From Candidatus Latescibacterota bacterium (GTDB taxonomy: Bacteria; Latescibacterota; UBA2968; GCA-2709665), in NCBI GenBank assembly GCA_965208835.1, contig OZ242358.1, positions 960,001 to 1,024,000 on the forward strand: a stretch of DNA of 64,000 nucleotides, given 5' to 3'. Under the pieces are notes generated by a model, which saw only the letters and a list, made by a program, of their open reading frames with translations, searched no databases and was not told the DNA's origin. The first letter of the stretch is position 1. Each line of letters opens with the position of its first letter. The translations under genes were made by a program, and so were the position numbers. This document shows, piece by piece, positions 39,575 through 49,838 of this stretch.

Positions 39575-40939
39575 TCAGGACGCGATTGAGTTCAATATCC
39601 CATTGGCGAAATCAGTCAGCGTGTCGTCACGTGCGCCCATAATCACCACCCTGTCCCCGGGCCGCGCTTCTTCGGTGAACCGGCGCGCGATTTCTGCTCG
39701 CCCGTTGTAGAACGCCGCCTCGACACCCTGCCCCGAAATGGCTTCGACCAGGTCCCGAGACGAAATGTCGCGTACCGCGGTTCCGCCCGCGTAGAAAATT
39801 TCCGGCATGGCAAGCACGTCGCGACTTTCCAGTCCCTCCGCAAATGCGGCGATCAGTCCGTCCCTGAGGAACCGTGTGGGCTCAAATCCGGTTGGCTGGA
39901 ACATCACCAGCAACCGTCCGGGCTGTTCTCTCAGCGTTGATAGCGTGGCTGCAATCTTGTCAGGATTGTGCGCGAAGTCGTCGATCACCGTCACGCCGCA
40001 CGCGGTACCCAGCACCTGCAGGCGCCGCCGGATACCCGCGAAAGTCGCCAGCGCGGCGGCCGATTGCCGGACGGGAACGCCTAACGCCCAGCAGGCGGCC
40101 ACGGCCGCGACGGCGTTCGAAACATTGTGCCTGCCCGGCACCTTGAGGCGAAACCCGGTCCCGCCGACTTCAAACGCCACGCCATCCGCCATCGGCCGGA
40201 CATCTTCGGCGCGGACCTGCGCGCGGCAATTCTCCACGCCGAATCCGATACCCTCCACGTCGAGTTCCGCGGTTAGCTCGCAGTCCGTGTTGATGACGGC
40301 CCCCCGGCGGGCCTTTAGTACAAATTCCCGGAACATCTCACGCAGTTCCTCAAGCGGCTTGTGGTCCAGCGAAATATTGGTCAGAACCGAAATTGAAGGC
40401 TCGTACAAGACAATCGTGCCGTCGCTCTCATCCGCCTCGATCACCTGCAGACCGGGGTCGCCGCAGATGGCGTTACCCGTCGGAGTCGGCGAGTCGTTCA
40501 GGAGCGAACCCCCAAGAATCGCTGTTGGGTTTCGGCCCGCCTGCTGCAGGATGTGACCGATCATGCCCGCAACCGTTGTCTTTCCACTCGTACCGCCAAC
40601 GGCCACGCCCTCCACCCGGTTGAATAGTTCGGCCAGCACCTCCGCGCGCTTTCGCACCGGGATCGCCCGCCGCAACGCGGCGCGAACGTCGGGGACGTGT
40701 TCCTCCACCGCGGCTGACACGATCATTTCGTCCACGGAATCGTCAACGCCCGACCCATCCTGGGGAAACAACACGATGCCATGGGCGCGGAGCATCTCGA
40801 AGAGTTCCGCACTCTTGCCGTGATCCCGGCGCCGGTCGGACCCGCGCACCGCATGCCCGTGGTGGCGCAGCACCTGCGCCAGCGCGCTCATTCCACTTCC
40901 CCCGATACCGCAGAAAAAAAACGTCTTGATGGCCGCCAC
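39575..40939 (-). CDS. Mur ligase, MurC/Mpl-like
   Basis: GIGGSGMSALA, GTSGKTT, EADESD, DDFAHNP; AAGGAGAGG RBS. Confidence 0.88.
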   Translation of the reverse strand: MAAIKTFFFCGIGGSGMSALAQVLRHHGHAVRGSDRRRDHGKSAELFEMLRAHGIVLFPQDGSGVDDSVDEMIVSAAVEEHVPDVRAALRRAIPVRKRAEVLAELFNRVEGVAVGGTSGKTTVAGMIGHILQQAGRNPTAILGGSLLNDSPTPTGNAICGDPGLQVIEADESDGTIVLYEPSISVLTNISLDHKPLEELREMFREFVLKARRGAVINTDCELTAELDVEGIGFGVENCRAQVRAEDVRPMADGVAFEVGGTGFRLKVPGRHNVSNAVAAVAACWALGVPVRQSAAALATFAGIRRRLQVLGTACGVTVIDDFAHNPDKIAATLSTLREQPGRLLVMFQPTGFEPTRFLRDGLIAAFAEGLESRDVLAMPEIFYAGGTAVRDISSRDLVEAISGQGVEAAFYNGRAEIARRFTEEARPGDRVVIMGARDDTLTDFANGILNSIAS

Positions 40940-40981
40940 TTCCTCTCCTTTCGCCGTTCAGCCGAAACGCGATGTGACTCC

Positions 40982-41010
40982 ATACTAAAGACCTACGCAG
41001 GGATTGTCAA
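40982..41010 (-). promoter_or_regulatory. Sigma-70 promoter of the Mur ligase gene
   Basis: Minus strand TTGACA-17-TAGTAT. Confidence 0.65.
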
Positions 41011-41150
41011 GTGTACCGGAAAATCGACGGGAATCCGATACTCGAAGATCGACCGTCGCCTTGCGCGGCGGTAGCGGCGGCACAAGGGCGTCCGCTGGGC
41101 GGAGGAGGCCATGAGTCCGTTTCCGGACGGTTTTCGCGGGGCTTCTGTCA

Positions 41151-41179
41151 TTGACACACCGCCGGGTGTACAGTATATT
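41151..41179 (+). promoter_or_regulatory. Sigma-70 promoter
   Basis: TTGACA-17-TATATT upstream of AAGGAG and ATG 41241. Confidence 0.6.
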
Positions 41180-41240
41180 TGCACCTCTGGTCTTCAAGCA
41201 CGTCTCGTATTACAACCTCCTATTATACAAGGAGTTCGAC

Positions 41241-42443
41241 ATGGGCGGCGTGTTTCGTCACGTGCTAACCGACGCGGATCGCGGCCACTGGGTCGAGTCC
41301 GGATGCGTGGATGAGGAAACCCTTTCCCTGGGTACCGGATATGGGTGGAGGGTAGAAAAGAAAACCCTTCACGGCGGGCTGCAGGCGGGCATCGACCTCG
41401 TTGAAGTGGACAACGGCGCCTTCTCATTCACGATTGTGCCGACTCGCGGCATGGGCATCTGGAAGGGCGCCTACCGGGAAATTCCTCTCGGCTGGGAATC
41501 CCCCGTTCGGGACCTGGTTCACCCGGCACACGTCGACGCCAACGACCGGGGGGGCCTGGGCTGGCTGAAAGGCTTCAATGAGTGGATCGTTCGCTGCGGC
41601 ATGGAAAGCAACGGCGCGCCGACGAACGACGTGGTCATCGACAACAACGGCAACGAAGCCACGGTATTCCTTCCACTACATGGAAAAATCGCAAACATCC
41701 CCGCACGTCAGGTCGAGGTTCGCATCGACCTGTCCCCGCCGCATCGCATCACCGTGGTTGGCGTTGTGGACGAAGCCATGATGTTCGGTCCCGCGCTGCG
41801 GTTGACCACGCGTATTTCCACGGTTCCAGGGGCCAACACCTTTACCATTTCAGACCGGATCACCAATCTCAACAACAAGCCCGCCGAAATGCAGATGTTG
41901 TACCACTGCAATTACGGCCCCCCGCTGCTGGAAGAGGGCAGCACCCTGGTGGCGCCGGTGAGATCCGTATCCCCGAGAGACGTCACGGCGCAGAAGGGGG
42001 CCGCCGCATATAGCAGGTTCGGGGCGCCGGAGTCCGGCTTTGTCGAACAGGTCTACTTTTACGAACTGGCGGGAAAGCGGGGCAGCGGACAGACGGCGGT
42101 CTTGCTCAAAAACGCCAAAGGAGACCTGGGTTCCAGTCTGCACTGTTCGCTCAACCAGTTGCCCTGCTTTACACTCTGGAAAAATACCGCGGCAACCGAT
42201 GACGGATACGTCACCGGCCTGGAACCCGCCACCAACTATCCGAATCCGAAGCCTTTCGAACGCGAACAGGGACGGGTAATCAGGCTCGACGCCGGCGAGA
42301 CCCGCCGGATGGACCTTACCGTTGCTGTCCATGACGGCAGAAAGAAGGTCCGGAACGTCGAGCGGTCCATCAAGCAGATTCAGAAGAACGTAAAAGCCAG
42401 AGTTTCCACAACGCCCATCAAGAGGATTTCCGGGGCGAAGTAG
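41241..42443 (+). CDS. Aldose 1-epimerase family / DUF4432 protein
   Basis: [34 protein letters not shown]. Confidence 0.85.
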   Translation: MGGVFRHVLTDADRGHWVESGCVDEETLSLGTGYGWRVEKKTLHGGLQAGIDLVEVDNGAFSFTIVPTRGMGIWKGAYREIPLGWESPVRDLVHPAHVDANDRGGLGWLKGFNEWIVRCGMESNGAPTNDVVIDNNGNEATVFLPLHGKIANIPARQVEVRIDLSPPHRITVVGVVDEAMMFGPALRLTTRISTVPGANTFTISDRITNLNNKPAEMQMLYHCNYGPPLLEEGSTLVAPVRSVSPRDVTAQKGAAAYSRFGAPESGFVEQVYFYELAGKRGSGQTAVLLKNAKGDLGSSLHCSLNQLPCFTLWKNTAATDDGYVTGLEPATNYPNPKPFEREQGRVIRLDAGETRRMDLTVAVHDGRKKVRNVERSIKQIQKNVKARVSTTPIKRISGAK

Positions 42444-42549
42444 CGCCGCTGCGCGCTCCGCACGCCTGTGTCTTTCCGGGGTCCTTCATTTTGTTTCCCC
42501 GGCAGCTAACCGGAAATCGCGTGACGGATATTGCGAAAGGACAACAATC

Positions 42550-45546
42550 GTGAGTTCCACACCATCCTTCCAGGAACTCATTCTGCGCCTTGAACGATTC
42601 TGGGCGGATCACGGGTGTATCATCTGGCAACCGCTCAGCGAAAAGGTCGGCGCGGGTACATGGAACCCGAGCACCGCGCTTCGCGTGCTGGGGCCGGAGC
42701 CCTGGAACGTGGCCTACGTTGAACCCAGTTTTCGACCCGACGACGGACGATTCGGGGAGAACCCGAACCGGATGCAGATGCACACGCAGTACCAGGTTGT
42801 ACTGAAGCCTGAGCCAGGCAACCCCCAGGAACTCTACCTGGATAGTCTGGAAGCATTGGGACTGAGCCGGAGGCGCCATGACATTCGCTTCGTGGAGGAC
42901 AACTGGGAATCGCCCGGGCTTGGCGCGTGGGGCCTGGGCTGGGAGGTCTGGCTCGACGGCCTGGAAATCACACAGTTCACCTATTTCCAACAGGCCGGAG
43001 GCCTGCAGCTCGACCCGGTGCCCGTGGAGATCACCTACGGCATGGAGCGGATCGCCATGTATGTACAGGACGTGCGTGAAGTCTGGCAACTCCGCTGGAA
43101 CGAGCAGGTCTCCTATGGCGACATTCTAAGGCAGCAGGAAGTGGAGTATTGCAATTACGAGTTTCACCACGCCGACGTCGGGCGACTGCAGTCCATGTTC
43201 GATCTCTTCTATGAGGAAGCGAGAGCCGCGATAGGCCGCGGACTGGTCATTCCCGCCTATGACTACGTATTGCGTTGCTCTCACACCTTCAACCTGCTGG
43301 ACACCCGCGGCGCCATAGGCGTAACCGAGCGTGCGCGGTACTTCGCCCGCATCCGCGACCTCGCGAGGCAGGTCGCCGAAGGATTTCTGGAACAGCGTGA
43401 AGCGTCAGGCCACCCCCTGATCAGAAAACCCGGGGAGGCCGGCGCCCCGAAGGCCGGTGGGGATACCTGGTCACCGGAGCGCGCCGACCTGCTTCTGGAG
43501 ATCGGATCCGAAGAGCTCCCGCCTAATGACGTGCGGTCCGGCATCGAGCAACTCGAGAGGTTCCTTCCCGAGCTTCTGCGGGAGCAGAGACTTGGCTACG
43601 ACAAAATCGAAATAACGGGCACGCCCAGACGGCTTGTGGCCAGCGTCAGGAATCTCGAGGGACGCCAGCCGGATCAGGAACGCGAGGTACGCGGTCCGGC
43701 CGTCAGGGCGGCTTACGGCGACGACGGACAGCCGACACGGGCGTTGGAAGGGTTCTGTCGCGGTCAAGGTATCTCTACAGGTTCGGTGGAACACAGGAAA
43801 GACGAGAAGGGCGTTGAATATGTCTATGCCCGGCGCCACGAGCCCGGTCTCGCAACGACGGAAGTCCTGACCGAACTCCTTCCCGGGCTGATCTCCGGAT
43901 TGAAGTTCCCGAAGACGATGCGCTGGGACTCCGGCGGTTTCGACTATCCCCGACCTCTTCGCTGGATTGTCGCACTTTTCGGAAACCGGGTTATTCCGTT
44001 TTCCCTCGCACGGATCCGGGGCGGACGAACCAGCTATGGTCTGAGGCCCGAGGGCGATCCGCCCGTCAAGCTGGCGTCCTCCGACGCCTATTGCCCGCAA
44101 ATGGAAGAACTCGGCCTGATCGTCGACCGCAATCGGCGAAAGGAAGCGATCCGGAATCAGGTCTGCGAACGGGCGCGTGAAGTAGGGGGCAGCGTACAGG
44201 AAGATCCCGAACTGCTTGACGAAGTTACCGACCTGGTCGAAGCGCCCTTCGCGCTGCGCGGTGGTTTCGACGAAGCTCATCTCGAACTGCCCGAGGAGGT
44301 CCTGGTTACCGTACTCAGGAAGTACCAGCGCTACTTCCCCGTGGTACACCCCGAATCAGGCCGGCTGCTGCCCTGGTTTGTGGCCGTGTCCAACGGCCGG
44401 CAGGCCGATCCGGGGCCTGTCGTTCGAGGGAACGAGAATGTCGTGCGCGCCAGATTTGCGGATGCCGCCTTCTTCTACAGGGAAGACGGTCGAAAGGCCC
44501 TGGAGAACCACCTGCCGCGTCTGGATACGCTCACCTTCCAGGACGATCTGGGCTCCGTGAGGGACAAGAGCGCGCGAATCGAGCAACTGCTCCCGGCCAT
44601 CGGACCCGATCTTGGCCTGTCGGAAGGAGATATGATCACGGCCAAGCGGGCGGCACGGCTATGCAAAGCCGATCTGGCCACCGGTATGGTCGTGGAAATG
44701 ACGTCCCTTCAGGGCGTGATGGGCCGGTACTACGCCCTGTTGTCCGGGGAGACCGACGCGGTGGCGACAGCCATCCAGGAACACTATCTTCCCCGGTTCC
44801 CCGGCGATATGCTGCCTTCAAGCGAATCCGGATCCGCAGTCTCCATCGCCGACCGGCTGGACAGCCTGGCCGGCCTGTTCTGCGCCGGAGTCAAGCCCCG
44901 GTCGACCGCCGACCCCTATGGGTTGCGTCGGGACGCGCTGGGCCTTTTGGCGCTGCTTATAGGCAATCGCAGACACTTTTCCCTGAAGAAGGGCCTGGAG
45001 GCCGCGGCTGCCGGGCTTCCTGTCCGGGTGCATACCGATCGATTGAACGACGCGCATGCGTTCATCCTGCGGCGCCTGGGCGTACAGCTGAAAGAGGAGG
45101 GTTTTCGTCACGACGTTGTCGAGGCCGCGCTCGGGGGCGGATGCGATGACCCCTTCGGGCTCCGGACCATTGTGGATGGCCTCGATCAGATGGTCCGTTC
45201 GGAAGGCTGGACCGAGACCCTGCATGCATACGCGCGCTGTAAGCGGATTGTGCGTGATCTGGATGAACCCTGTCCGCTGAACCCGGAGGCGGATCCGGAT
45301 CCTTCCTCGCGCGCCCTGCACCTGAAATGGGAAGGAGCCCGACGTGTGATGGACCGATCGAATGACAGGATCGGTACCCTTGAAATCGTGCTGACAGATC
45401 TTCGCGGCCCGATCAACCGCTTCTTCGAGGAAGTCCTGGTGATGGATAAGGATCCGGTGCTTCGACAGGCGCGCCTGGCTCTGGTTCAGCGCATCGCCTC
45501 TCTCGCCGACGGCATCGCGGACCTGAGCAGACTGGAGGGCTTTTAA
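42550..45546 (+). CDS. glyQS: Glycine-tRNA ligase, fused alpha/beta subunits
   Basis: Alpha motifs ([27 protein letters not shown]) continue in frame into beta motifs ([18 protein letters not shown]). Confidence 0.95.
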   Translation: MSSTPSFQELILRLERFWADHGCIIWQPLSEKVGAGTWNPSTALRVLGPEPWNVAYVEPSFRPDDGRFGENPNRMQMHTQYQVVLKPEPGNPQELYLDSLEALGLSRRRHDIRFVEDNWESPGLGAWGLGWEVWLDGLEITQFTYFQQAGGLQLDPVPVEITYGMERIAMYVQDVREVWQLRWNEQVSYGDILRQQEVEYCNYEFHHADVGRLQSMFDLFYEEARAAIGRGLVIPAYDYVLRCSHTFNLLDTRGAIGVTERARYFARIRDLARQVAEGFLEQREASGHPLIRKPGEAGAPKAGGDTWSPERADLLLEIGSEELPPNDVRSGIEQLERFLPELLREQRLGYDKIEITGTPRRLVASVRNLEGRQPDQEREVRGPAVRAAYGDDGQPTRALEGFCRGQGISTGSVEHRKDEKGVEYVYARRHEPGLATTEVLTELLPGLISGLKFPKTMRWDSGGFDYPRPLRWIVALFGNRVIPFSLARIRGGRTSYGLRPEGDPPVKLASSDAYCPQMEELGLIVDRNRRKEAIRNQVCERAREVGGSVQEDPELLDEVTDLVEAPFALRGGFDEAHLELPEEVLVTVLRKYQRYFPVVHPESGRLLPWFVAVSNGRQADPGPVVRGNENVVRARFADAAFFYREDGRKALENHLPRLDTLTFQDDLGSVRDKSARIEQLLPAIGPDLGLSEGDMITAKRAARLCKADLATGMVVEMTSLQGVMGRYYALLSGETDAVATAIQEHYLPRFPGDMLPSSESGSAVSIADRLDSLAGLFCAGVKPRSTADPYGLRRDALGLLALLIGNRRHFSLKKGLEAAAAGLPVRVHTDRLNDAHAFILRRLGVQLKEEGFRHDVVEAALGGGCDDPFGLRTIVDGLDQMVRSEGWTETLHAYARCKRIVRDLDEPCPLNPEADPDPSSRALHLKWEGARRVMDRSNDRIGTLEIVLTDLRGPINRFFEEVLVMDKDPVLRQARLALVQRIASLADGIADLSRLEGF

Positions 45547-45732
45547 GAAGCTGTCTTAAAATTCCCAGCGGTCTTCGCGCGGCTGCAAAAGCGCCGGTCA
45601 GCGTTGGTCAAACCCACCCGTCTTACCAGATCGAGGCTGCGCTTGCTCGCCTCTCATAGGTGGATTTTCCCGCCTTGAACGTCACTTTTTCGCTCGCGCT
45701 CTGGAACTCACCGGTAATTTTAAAACAGCTTC
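45547..45732 (+). mobile_element. MITE-like element family 1, copy 1 (186 bp), TAA on both sides
   Basis: Terminal inverted repeats GAAGCTGTCTTAAAATT / AATTTTAAAACAGCTTC; the left TAA is the glyQS stop; homolog at 52821-52982. Confidence 0.8.
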
Positions 45733-45812
45733 TAAAGCGGCAGGGAGCGGCACGAACCTCATTGATCACCCGCGGTGCCGCCTGCGTATGCCAACTCGTT
45801 CCTTTCATCCCT

Positions 45813-46394
45813 ATGCGTATAATCACGGGCAAACTGAAGGGCCGGATCATTCCGTTTGACGTCAGGAAACACGGCGACGCCCGCGTAACGCCGGCAAGGA
45901 TCAAGGAGGCCGCGTTTAACATTCTGGGCGCCAGGCTTGATCATATTCATTTCCTCGACCTGTTTTCCTGTTCGGGTCAGATCGGGCTGGAAGCGTACAG
46001 TCGTGGCGCCCGGGTGCTTCTGAACGAACCGGATCGTCGCAGGCACGGCTTTATTTCAAGGCTGCTGAAGGACTGGGGGGGGGAAAGACAGGTTCGCCTC
46101 ACGAATCAGCCCGTGGAACGACTCCTGCCGCTGCTGGAGTCGGAACAACAGGCATTTGACGTAATATATGCGGATCCGCCGTACCATCTGATGCATGACG
46201 ACGTCCCGTTCGCCCTTGCCATGCCCACCCGCCTGGGCGGATCGGTCCTCCTTGCTCCTTCCGCCCATATCCTCATTCAACATGCCGCAGACCTCGAGAT
46301 GCCCGTCACTTCCCGGCACCTTTCGCTATGCGTTCGGAAGACCTACGGGGGCACTTCGTTATCGATCTACCGTAACGTGTGCGGAGGAGAGTGA
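45813..46394 (+). CDS. rsmD: RsmD family 16S rRNA methyltransferase
   Basis: MRIITGKLKGR, FLDLFSCSGQIGLEAYSRGA, DPPY, YGGTSLSIY. Confidence 0.85.
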   Translation: MRIITGKLKGRIIPFDVRKHGDARVTPARIKEAAFNILGARLDHIHFLDLFSCSGQIGLEAYSRGARVLLNEPDRRRHGFISRLLKDWGGERQVRLTNQPVERLLPLLESEQQAFDVIYADPPYHLMHDDVPFALAMPTRLGGSVLLAPSAHILIQHAADLEMPVTSRHLSLCVRKTYGGTSLSIYRNVCGGE

Positions 46395-46413
46395 GCTCCT
46401 GACGTTTTTCAAC

Positions 46414-46442
46414 TTGCCTTTGTACGATGTTGCCTGTATTCT
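46414..46442 (+). promoter_or_regulatory. Possible sigma-70 promoter of the DUF5069-like gene
   Basis: TTGCCT-17-TATTCT. Confidence 0.4.
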
Positions 46443-46461
46443 TTGAATTGTCCAACTCTAT

Positions 46462-46644
46462 CAGCCCGTTGAAAAAGCCCATCCGGGCTACGGCCGGCCC
46501 TTGCGGTCGAAATACTGCGTTGCGCTCCCTCGCCGAATCCAGGGATGGGACTCAGTCGCGCGCCTTGTCTTCGGCCACAATGGCAATCTATTTCCGGGTC
46601 GGGACACCATACCTCGCCTGCAGAGCGACTTTATCAACGGACTG
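46462..46644. mobile_element. MITE-like element family 2 (183 bp)
   Basis: Imperfect 16-bp terminal inverted repeats CAGCCCGTTGAAAAAG / CTTTATCAACGGACTG with an internally palindromic, non-coding body. Confidence 0.6.
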
Positions 46645-46667
46645 CTTTTCAGAAAGGAGCCGAACAG

Positions 46668-46946
46668 ATGGATACCATGCACGAATCCATCGAATTCCGC
46701 CCGCGGGGCAGAACACTTGCCATGGGCGGTATTCCCTGGCTGCCAAGGATTACAGACAAGGCCCGGGCGATGCTGCGGAACAACATCGGCGACTACGTCT
46801 ACCCCTGACCGGCCGACCAGAAGTTCCTGGAGGAACTCGGCTTGCCGGCAGAGGAATTCACGCAAATCGTGTCCGAATGCAAACTGGACGCGGAAGTCAT
46901 TGAACGCGTGCGTCCTTTTTACGAGAAGGCCCGCAGGGGAACTTAG
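46668..46946 (+). CDS. DUF5069-like protein with in-frame TGA (candidate selenocysteine 47), 92 aa
   Basis: AAGGAG RBS; MDTMHESIEFRPRGRTLAMGGIPWLPRITDKARAMLRNNIGDYVYP-TGA-PADQKFLEELGLPAEEFTQIVSECKLDAEVIERVRPFYEKARRGT*. Family-like sequence continues past the TGA in the same frame. Confidence 0.75.
46809..46848 (+). promoter_or_regulatory. SECIS-like hairpin directly 3' of the in-frame TGA
   Basis: CCGGC CGACCAGA AGTTCC-TGGA-GGAACT CGGCTT GCCGG; apical loop contains G and lies about 19 nt after the UGA. Confidence 0.55.
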
Positions 46947-47006
46947 AATACCGCTGCCGCCACGCAACGCGTGGCGGCAGCGGACATTCTTCTCTGAATC
47001 ACGACG

Positions 47007-47942
47007 CTAACGCCTTCCGCCCTCCGGAAGCGCTTTCTTGGCAAGCGCGCGGACCTCTCCGGTTCCCATCTGCAGCAATCCGTCGATCCCGATTACATCC
47101 GCCGCGAAGAGCTGCGGACACTCCTGCGCCGCCAGGTCATATGCTTCCAGGACGTCGTAATTTACCCCCCGGTACCGGTAGAGTTGTCCCAAGCTCTCCA
47201 GCTGTCCGCTTCGTCTCAGGGAGTTCGTTACGCCCATCTTGAAATAATACAACTGTCGATCTCTCCTGTCGCCCCACCTCAACGTATCCGGCTCGGGGAT
47301 GTACGCCATCGACCTTTCCAGTTCCTCCTGGAAGGCATTGATCCGGGCGTCGACCATCTCCAGCAAACCCCGAAGGACTTCCCTTCGCGCGTCCTCCGTT
47401 TCATCCTGTAGCATATCCTGCAGAACCAGCGCAGCCTTCCCGTAGAATACGTAGCGGTCGCGCTTCCCGTCTCCGAACAGATCCATTTCAATGGCTTCGG
47501 CTTTGCGTACCAGCGCTTCCAGGTCCAGGTGGTCATCGCCCACGCCGGCGTAGTCATCGTCGGCGCGCGCCAACTGAATCCCCACGAGCAATGCCCGTTC
47601 TACAATCTGCATCATGTCTTCAGCAGGATCAAACAACCTCAGTTTCCGGGTGCTTTCGTCATCCGTCCTAATCGCTCCCGGGCCGTGCGCAAAGCCACGA
47701 TTGACCAGTACCTGCTCTGCATCTATCCCCAGGCGGTCCAGCAATTCGCGAAGCGCACCGCCCAATACCGGATGGCTTGCGGCGGGCAGGAATTCCGTGC
47801 GGCCTTCGACCACCAGGTCCGCCATGTCTGCGGCCAGTGCATCGTCTCCTTCCGAAACCTCTCTGCTTTGTGTCCCGCGTTCACGCGTCAGTGTGAAGAT
47901 AACCGCGAGCATTAAAAGGACAACGACAGCGATGTAGACCAT
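47007..47942 (-). CDS. Hypothetical protein with N-terminal membrane anchor
   Basis: 311-aa ORF, hydrophobic N-terminus, AGAGGGAG RBS. Confidence 0.75.
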   Translation of the reverse strand: MVYIAVVVLLMLAVIFTLTRERGTQSREVSEGDDALAADMADLVVEGRTEFLPAASHPVLGGALRELLDRLGIDAEQVLVNRGFAHGPGAIRTDDESTRKLRLFDPAEDMMQIVERALLVGIQLARADDDYAGVGDDHLDLEALVRKAEAIEMDLFGDGKRDRYVFYGKAALVLQDMLQDETEDARREVLRGLLEMVDARINAFQEELERSMAYIPEPDTLRWGDRRDRQLYYFKMGVTNSLRRSGQLESLGQLYRYRGVNYDVLEAYDLAAQECPQLFAADVIGIDGLLQMGTGEVRALAKKALPEGGRR

Positions 47943-48140
47943 CTTCGATGTTCTCCCTCTTATTGTTCAACCTGACCGTCTGACGACTCCTGGCAGGAGC
48001 ATTGATGCGTTGACAAGAGTCGGTTAGAGTGGAGACGTGAGACAGTAGAGGGCCGCACCGTTCCCCGTAAGTCTTTCGCGCTTTGCCTCTTCCAGGATCT
48101 CCCGACTCGCGTCTTCGCTCTTCCATTTCCTGACGTGATC

Positions 48141-49838
48141 CTACGCGCGGAACAGTTCCCCCATTCGCCTTCCCAGGAACCGTCCGGCCAGAAAGAGGCT
48201 GAACATGAGAAGCAGCATGCCCAGCATTCCCATTGCGCTGGCGATATATGGACCGTCCGCAATCCTGCCCATTAACGCGTAGATGGCCTTGGTAATGGGG
48301 AAATATTGTGCCTTCAGAGCAAGTATCAGGCTGTCGCTGACTTCCAGCATGGCAAAGGAAAAGCAGAGAATGGCGCCGGCGAACAGATTGGCGAGGATGA
48401 GCGGAAAGGTAATCTGCAGGGTGGCGCGCAGGGGCGAAGCACCCATATTCCTGGCCGCTTCTTCAAGGGAGACGCTCGTCTGCTGGAATCCGGCGTAGGC
48501 CGATCTGACCATATATGGCAGCCGCCTCACCGCGTACGCGATCACCAGCAGGGGGACGGGATTGTGCCTCGCGTCCAGAAAGGTGCCGGAATACCCGGCC
48601 AGATATCCGAAAGCCAGTACCGGGCCCGGCAGGGCCAGGGGCAGCATAGCGACCGCATCCAGCGCGCCTCTGAACGGGACCCGGGTGCGGGCAAGCAGAT
48701 AGGCAATGGATATGCCAAGTACCACGTCGCAAACCGTACTTAAAGAACTCAGCATCAGGCTCATTGTTATGCTGGGGCCCGCGATCGGATGCCGATAGAC
48801 GAGCGGGTAGTACTTGCCCGTGACTTCCTGCGGCCAGATCGCCATGAACCAACGCTCGGAGATCGATGTCAGGAATACGCTCAAGTGAGGGATCAGCGCG
48901 ATGGCTGTCAGTGAAATCATAACCGAATAGATAAACGCGGTCATCCCTGGCGACGCCCGGCGGGTAGCGGATCCGACGTGTCCCCGCGCGACCGTTTCAT
49001 ACCGCCGTTTACCCAGCATCAGCTTGGACAGGTAGAAAAACAACACGGTGAGCAATAGCAGAAAGACCACGAGCGCATACGCCATGGGATTTTCGTTGAT
49101 ATCTGAAATTGCATTGAAAATCTCGACCATCACCACCTGGCGATAGTTGAAAATCAGTGGAGTTCCCAGGTCCGTAAACGCCCAGATGAAGACGATGATC
49201 GCACCCGCGAAATAACCCGGCAACATCAGCGGAAAGGTTACGCTTCGAAACAGCCTGAATCCGCGGGCCCCCATATTGCGGGCGGCCTCTTCGAGGCTGG
49301 GGTCGATATTCGACAGCGCCGCTGCCACGTTAAGGAACATAATGGGATAGAGGTGCAACACCTGCAGAATGACCACGCCGGTAAACCCGCCGCCGAACCA
49401 ATCGATCGGTTGGTCGACGATTCCCAACTCCAGCAGCAGAAGGTTAATGGATCCGAAGCGGGCGAACATCTGTTTCATCCCGATGGCGCCCACGAATGGC
49501 GGGAGGACCATGGGTACCAGGATCAGACCGTTGAGGACGTTCTTGCCCTTGAAGTCATACCGTACCAGCAGGAACGCGATGGGCAGGCTCAGGAGCGTCG
49601 TTGCGATCGTGGTGAACATGCCAAGGCGGAAGCTGTTCAGAATCATCTCTTTGTAGACCGGATTGCTTGCCATCAGCTCGAAGAATACGAGCGAGATTTC
49701 GCCGTTCACCCACAGTGCACGCACAACGGCGTACCAGAGCGGATAGAACAGAAAAAAGACAAAAAAGGCAGACAATCCCGCCAGAAAGAGGATCCTGGAC
49801 CAGGTCAGGTCGTAACGATCAAGCAGAGTCTTCACCAT
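48141..49838 (-). CDS. Iron(III)/thiamine-type ABC importer permease (duplicated domain)
   Basis: Two EAA loops (SLEEAARNMGA), about 12 TM. Confidence 0.92.
   Translation of the reverse strand: MVKTLLDRYDLTWSRILFLAGLSAFFVFFLFYPLWYAVVRALWVNGEISLVFFELMASNPVYKEMILNSFRLGMFTTIATTLLSLPIAFLLVRYDFKGKNVLNGLILVPMVLPPFVGAIGMKQMFARFGSINLLLLELGIVDQPIDWFGGGFTGVVILQVLHLYPIMFLNVAAALSNIDPSLEEAARNMGARGFRLFRSVTFPLMLPGYFAGAIIVFIWAFTDLGTPLIFNYRQVVMVEIFNAISDINENPMAYALVVFLLLLTVLFFYLSKLMLGKRRYETVARGHVGSATRRASPGMTAFIYSVMISLTAIALIPHLSVFLTSISERWFMAIWPQEVTGKYYPLVYRHPIAGPSITMSLMLSSLSTVCDVVLGISIAYLLARTRVPFRGALDAVAMLPLALPGPVLAFGYLAGYSGTFLDARHNPVPLLVIAYAVRRLPYMVRSAYAGFQQTSVSLEEAARNMGASPLRATLQITFPLILANLFAGAILCFSFAMLEVSDSLILALKAQYFPITKAIYALMGRIADGPYIASAMGMLGMLLLMFSLFLAGRFLGRRMGELFRA

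Noticed and set aside
45660-45812. N-terminal extension of the rsmD ORF
   Set aside because: Runs through the MITE; homology starts at MRIITG (45813).
46488-47010. Overlapping 159-aa (-) and 169-aa (+) ORFs as the real genes at this locus
   Set aside because: Both start or end within the MITE and lack motifs; the RBS-led DUF5069-like frame explains the region better.
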